64,000 nucleotides of DNA, taken from positions 32,001 to 96,000 of the forward strand of contig JAVZLS010000001.1 of assembly GCA_038883715.1 (NCBI GenBank), given 5' to 3'. A program made the position numbers and the translations under genes. The DNA comes from Candidatus Bathyarchaeia archaeon (lineage in GTDB: Archaea; Thermoproteota; Bathyarchaeia; Bathyarchaeales; Bathycorpusculaceae). Below, one piece after another: positions 60,187-64,000 of this stretch. Position 1 is the stretch's first letter. Each line of letters starts with the position of its first letter. The notes below the pieces were generated by a model. It made no database searches and was not told where the DNA came from. It was given only the letters and a program-made list of their open reading frames with translations.

Positions 60187-61644
60187 ATGGTTTTTCTTAG
60201 AGAAAATCAGAGGGTAAAATTCTCCGTCCTTTCCAGAGAAGATTTAGAAAAGATTCACAAAGCCACCCTAGAAGTTTTAGAGACAACAGGGCTTAGAATC
60301 ACCAGCCAAAAATGCCTCAGAATTCTTGAGGAAGGAGGCTGCAAGGTTGACTATAAAAGGCAGATGGCATTCATCCCTTATTATTTGGTTGAAGAAGCAT
60401 TGAGGAAAAATCAGAAGAGTATAACCCTCTGTGCCAGAAATCCAAAATATGATGTAGTTTTGGATGAAAATCATGTATATATAACTACCGACGGGAATGG
60501 AACCCAAACCATTGACATGGAAACTGGGGAAAGGCGGACTTCAACAAAGGATGATATAGCCAAATCAGCCATAATTTCAGACGCCATTGACGTGGTGGAC
60601 ATATATTGGCCCATGGTAAGTGCCCAAGACTATCCAGCCCACGTTCGACATCTCCACGATCTTGAGGCTTCTTTAGCTAACACGGAAAAACATGTAACCT
60701 TCGAAACAACCATGTCGCCTAAAGAAGCTAGATATCAGATAGAAATTGCAGCGGCAGTTCTCGGAGACGAAGAGAAGCTAAGGAAGAGGCCCATAATCTC
60801 TTCCCTACACTGCACAAGCGCACCACTCCAAATGGATGGAAACAGCATGGAAGCCGCCCTAGAATTTTCTAAAGCTGGCATTCCAGTGATGTTTTTTGGA
60901 ATGCCCCAGCCAGGAGCCACGGGTCCTGTAACGCTTGCCGGTTCTTTGGTTGTGAATAATGCTGAAGTTTTGGGCTGTCTCACTCTAACTCAATTGGTTT
61001 GTCCAAGGGCTCCTGTCATTTATGGCGCTGGCATAGCGGCGTTCGATATGAAAACCTTAAAACGAGCTGGGGGAGGCCCGGAACACGGTTTAACCGGCGC
61101 CGCTGCCGGTGAGCTAGCAAGGTATTATGGTATGCCCTCTATTGTGGGAGGTTTTGTTTCAACGGCAAAGACTCCGGGAGCCCAAGCATGTTATGAAAAG
61201 TTTGCAAGCGGGTTTCCACCAGTTTTCTCCGGGTGCAGCATGATCGCCGGGATAGGATTGCTTGATGACTGCACAACCCTAGCCTTTGAAGAGATTCTAA
61301 TAGACGCTGAAATTGTGAAGATAGTTTTCCGAATAGCCCAGGGAATAGAGGTTAACGACAACACATTAGCACTTGATATTATCCGCAAAGTTGGTCCAGG
61401 CGGCAATTTCCTAGCCGAGAGACACACCCTTCAAAACTTGCGAAGGGAACATTTCATCCCCGAATTAACCGACAGGCGATCCTTCGAAGCGTGGATCAAG
61501 GATGGCGGGAAAGACCTGGTGAGGATAGCCAAGGAAAAGGTTAAGGTAATCCTTCAAACACACCAAGTTCAACCCTTAGAAAAGGATGTGCAAAAGGAAA
61601 TCAAACGTATCATTGAAAGGGCTGAAAAGGATTTAGCTACCTAA
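60187..61644 (+). CDS. Non-pyrrolysine MttB-superfamily methyltransferase 1
   Basis: IH.ATL.VLE..G, GATGPVTLAGSL...NAE.L, VGPGGNFL..RHT; no internal TAG; start set at ATG 60187. Confidence 0.92.
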   Translation: MVFLRENQRVKFSVLSREDLEKIHKATLEVLETTGLRITSQKCLRILEEGGCKVDYKRQMAFIPYYLVEEALRKNQKSITLCARNPKYDVVLDENHVYITTDGNGTQTIDMETGERRTSTKDDIAKSAIISDAIDVVDIYWPMVSAQDYPAHVRHLHDLEASLANTEKHVTFETTMSPKEARYQIEIAAAVLGDEEKLRKRPIISSLHCTSAPLQMDGNSMEAALEFSKAGIPVMFFGMPQPGATGPVTLAGSLVVNNAEVLGCLTLTQLVCPRAPVIYGAGIAAFDMKTLKRAGGGPEHGLTGAAAGELARYYGMPSIVGGFVSTAKTPGAQACYEKFASGFPPVFSGCSMIAGIGLLDDCTTLAFEEILIDAEIVKIVFRIAQGIEVNDNTLALDIIRKVGPGGNFLAERHTLQNLRREHFIPELTDRRSFEAWIKDGGKDLVRIAKEKVKVILQTHQVQPLEKDVQKEIKRIIERAEKDLAT

Positions 61645-61694
61645 AAAGCTTATTAAAAACTTTGTTTGTTAAACGTTTCAAAAGGAGGAAAATT

Positions 61695-63137
61695 ATGCCT
61701 AAATCCTCTCTTCCAAAATTTCAGCCGTTATCAGAGGATGAAATCGAGTCAATTCACCTTGCTTCTCTTAGACTCCTAGAAGAGGTTGGCGTGAAAATAT
61801 ACAGCGAAAACGCATTAAAATTATTAAGCGGCAACGGAGCTGAGGTGGACTTTGATAAGAAAATTGCCTACATCCCGCAACATTTGGTTAAGGAAGCTCT
61901 CAATAAGGCGCCTTCCACCATCAAACTTTATGGTAGAATTAGGAGGCACGACAGAGTTTTAGAAGGAGACACAGTCACATTTAATCCTGGATCATCAGCC
62001 CTATACATTCTGGATTATGAGACTGGTGAAATTAGGAGACCAGTTTCGAAGGATTTGGAGAATCTTGTTAGACTTGCCGACGCTCTTGAACATATTCAGG
62101 CGCAAAGTACAGCCATGGTTGTTTCGGATGTCCCTCAGTCAATAGTGGACCGTTACCGCCTCTACATAGTTCTAAAAAATTCTTCAAAGCCAATAATAAC
62201 CGGAGCCTTCAGCATCGATGGACTTTATGACATGAAAAGAATGCTTGAAATTGTGGCTGGCGGCGAGAAAGAATTAGCCAAAAAGCCCATGGCAATATTT
62301 GATGTCTGTCCCTCTTCACCGTTAAAATGGAGCGAAATCGACGTACAAAACCTAGTAGATTGCGCCAAATTCCGTTTACCTGTTAATATTATTCCAGCAA
62401 TCCAGTTAGGTGCCACTGGTCCCGCAACGATAGCTGGCTCCCTTGTTCAACACAACGCCGAAGTTTTAAGCGGCTTGGTGATGGTTCAGCTAGTAAATCC
62501 GGGTTCCCCGGTGATTTATGGCGGTTCACCAACGGTTTTCGATCAGAGGTGTGCTACGGCTTGTCTAGGGGCTGTGGAAGCTATGCTTCTGGGTTGTGCC
62601 TACATCCAAATTGCAAAGAGCTATCGATTGCCAACTCACATGTATATTGGACTTAGTGATGCGAAGGTGATAGATGCACAATGCGGTTTTGAAACTGGAA
62701 TAGGCTTAGTATTAGGAGCGTTGGCTGGAATAAACGTGATATCCGGACCGGGAATGTTAAACTTTGAAAATTGCCAAAGTTTAGAAAAACTTGTTATAGA
62801 CAACGAAATTTGCGGCATGGCACTTAGGCTAGCAAAGGGTGTAAAGGTTGAAGATGAAACAATAGCCTTCGACCTTATTAAAAAGGTGGGGCCCGGCGGA
62901 ACATACTTGGCAGAAAGGCACACTCTGGAATGGATTAGAAAAGAGCAGTTCGTACCATCAGAAATCATTGATCGCAAAGAATGGAAGGCTTGGAGAGACG
63001 CTGGGAAAAAAGACGTAGTGAAACGAGCTCACGAAATTGTCGAGAAAAAACTGAAAGAGCATGTGCCTGAGCCGTTACCCAAAGATGTCCAAGAAAACCT
63101 TGACAATTTTGCAAAAGACCTATTGAAAAGATGCTGA
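61695..63137 (+). CDS. Non-pyrrolysine MttB-superfamily methyltransferase 2
   Basis: SSPL, GATGPATIAGSL..HNAE.L, SDAK..D.Q.G.E, VGPGG.YL..RHT; AGGAGG before ATG 61695. Confidence 0.92.
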   Translation: MPKSSLPKFQPLSEDEIESIHLASLRLLEEVGVKIYSENALKLLSGNGAEVDFDKKIAYIPQHLVKEALNKAPSTIKLYGRIRRHDRVLEGDTVTFNPGSSALYILDYETGEIRRPVSKDLENLVRLADALEHIQAQSTAMVVSDVPQSIVDRYRLYIVLKNSSKPIITGAFSIDGLYDMKRMLEIVAGGEKELAKKPMAIFDVCPSSPLKWSEIDVQNLVDCAKFRLPVNIIPAIQLGATGPATIAGSLVQHNAEVLSGLVMVQLVNPGSPVIYGGSPTVFDQRCATACLGAVEAMLLGCAYIQIAKSYRLPTHMYIGLSDAKVIDAQCGFETGIGLVLGALAGINVISGPGMLNFENCQSLEKLVIDNEICGMALRLAKGVKVEDETIAFDLIKKVGPGGTYLAERHTLEWIRKEQFVPSEIIDRKEWKAWRDAGKKDVVKRAHEIVEKKLKEHVPEPLPKDVQENLDNFAKDLLKRC

Positions 63138-63218
63138 AAGAATGGCATACCGCCCTAACTTTTTATGAAAATTTAAATAGATTCCCAACGGTAAGACAGA
63201 TTCCAAGGAGGATTCAAG

Positions 63219-64000
63219 ATGTTCAAGTTTGAAAAGGAGCAGAAAATTTTTGACATTGCAAACGTGAAGGTTGGAGGGCAACCAGGTCAACTTCCAACGG
63301 TGCTCATTGGAAGCATATTTTACCATAAGCACAAGATCGTAAAGGACGAACGGAAAGGCGAGTTCGACAAGGAGAAAGCCGAAGAAGCACTGAAAAAGGA
63401 GGAGGAAATATCCAATAGAACTGGAAATCCGAGAATTGTGGATGTTTGCTGTTCATGGCCAGAAGCCTTTGAAAAATTCATAGAGTTTGTCGCAGACCAT
63501 ATTGATGGACCCTTTACGATTGATGGCGCCACAGCCGATGTTAGGATTGCCGGGGCAAAATATGTTGGGGAGGTAGGCTTATCCGAAAGGGTTGTTTACA
63601 ATTCCATAACACCCCATGTTAAAGAGGAAGAAATCACAGCCATTAGAGACGCCAAGATTAAATCTGCCATACTTTTAACACTTAACACCAAAAACCCCAC
63701 AATTTCCGGAAGGTTGCAGGTGCTCGACGAGTTATTAGCCACGGCTCAAAAGGCGGGAATAGAAAAGTTTTTGGTGGATACTACGGTTCTCGACTTGCCT
63801 GATCCTGGACCAGTTAGCAAGGCCATCTATCTAGTTAAGGAGAGGTATGGGTTGCCCGCTGGGGCTGGAACACATAACGCTGTTGACAGATGGAAAAGTA
63901 GGCGCAAGCTTGATGCAACAGAGTATATGCTTGCAACCAGTGTAGCCAACGTTTTCCCCATAATTGCCGGAGCCAACTTCATACTTTATGGACCCATTGA
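63219..64000 (+). CDS. mtrH: MtrH/MtgA-like methylcorrinoid:pterin methyltransferase (partial, runs off the window)
   Basis: Manual translation MFKFEKEQKIFDIANVKVGGQPGQLPTVLIGSIFY...YNSI...G.HNA...LYGPI, open to the window end; absent from the ORF track. Confidence 0.9.
   Translation, partial: MFKFEKEQKIFDIANVKVGGQPGQLPTVLIGSIFYHKHKIVKDERKGEFDKEKAEEALKKEEEISNRTGNPRIVDVCCSWPEAFEKFIEFVADHIDGPFTIDGATADVRIAGAKYVGEVGLSERVVYNSITPHVKEEEITAIRDAKIKSAILLTLNTKNPTISGRLQVLDELLATAQKAGIEKFLVDTTVLDLPDPGPVSKAIYLVKERYGLPAGAGTHNAVDRWKSRRKLDATEYMLATSVANVFPIIAGANFILYGPI

Noticed and set aside
59482-64000. Evidence for methanogenesis or pyrrolysine use
   Set aside because: No mcr, other mtr subunits or pyl genes in the window, and the MttBs lack amber codons

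Overview
Archaeal chromosomal window, most likely Bathyarchaeia (TACK). This call rests on the archaeal 16S, TBP, RadA, NucS, PEF-CTERM proteins, an HdrA-MvhD fusion and non-pyrrolysine MttB/MtrH genes; it is inferred, not database-checked. Most of the window is housekeeping: pheT end, rpiA, nreA, ppa, nucS, rqcH, radA, class I fumarase, larA, pyrE, tbp, CoA and flavin genes, dph5. RNA genes are a stand-alone 16S rRNA with its own bulge-helix-bulge (BHB) processing stem and three tRNAs: Met-CAT with a 37/38 intron, Asp-GTC, and Lys-CTT with a non-canonical 30/31 intron. Accessory parts are: (i) a decayed tRNA-Met-linked island with an integrase pseudogene and surface proteins (0.13-2.9 kb); (ii) a putative chromatin-protein cluster (two Cren7-like zinc ribbons plus an Alba-like gene); (iii) a type IV pilus locus whose two promoters share an identically placed palindrome; (iv) from 52 kb, a catabolic block with BKACE, a HemL/Kat-like aminotransferase, an APC permease, a phosphoesterase/nucleotidyltransferase/2TM trio, and corrinoid protein, two MttB and MtrH-like genes. 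A ~50-bp dispersed repeat occurs at the 3' ends of pheT and rqcH.
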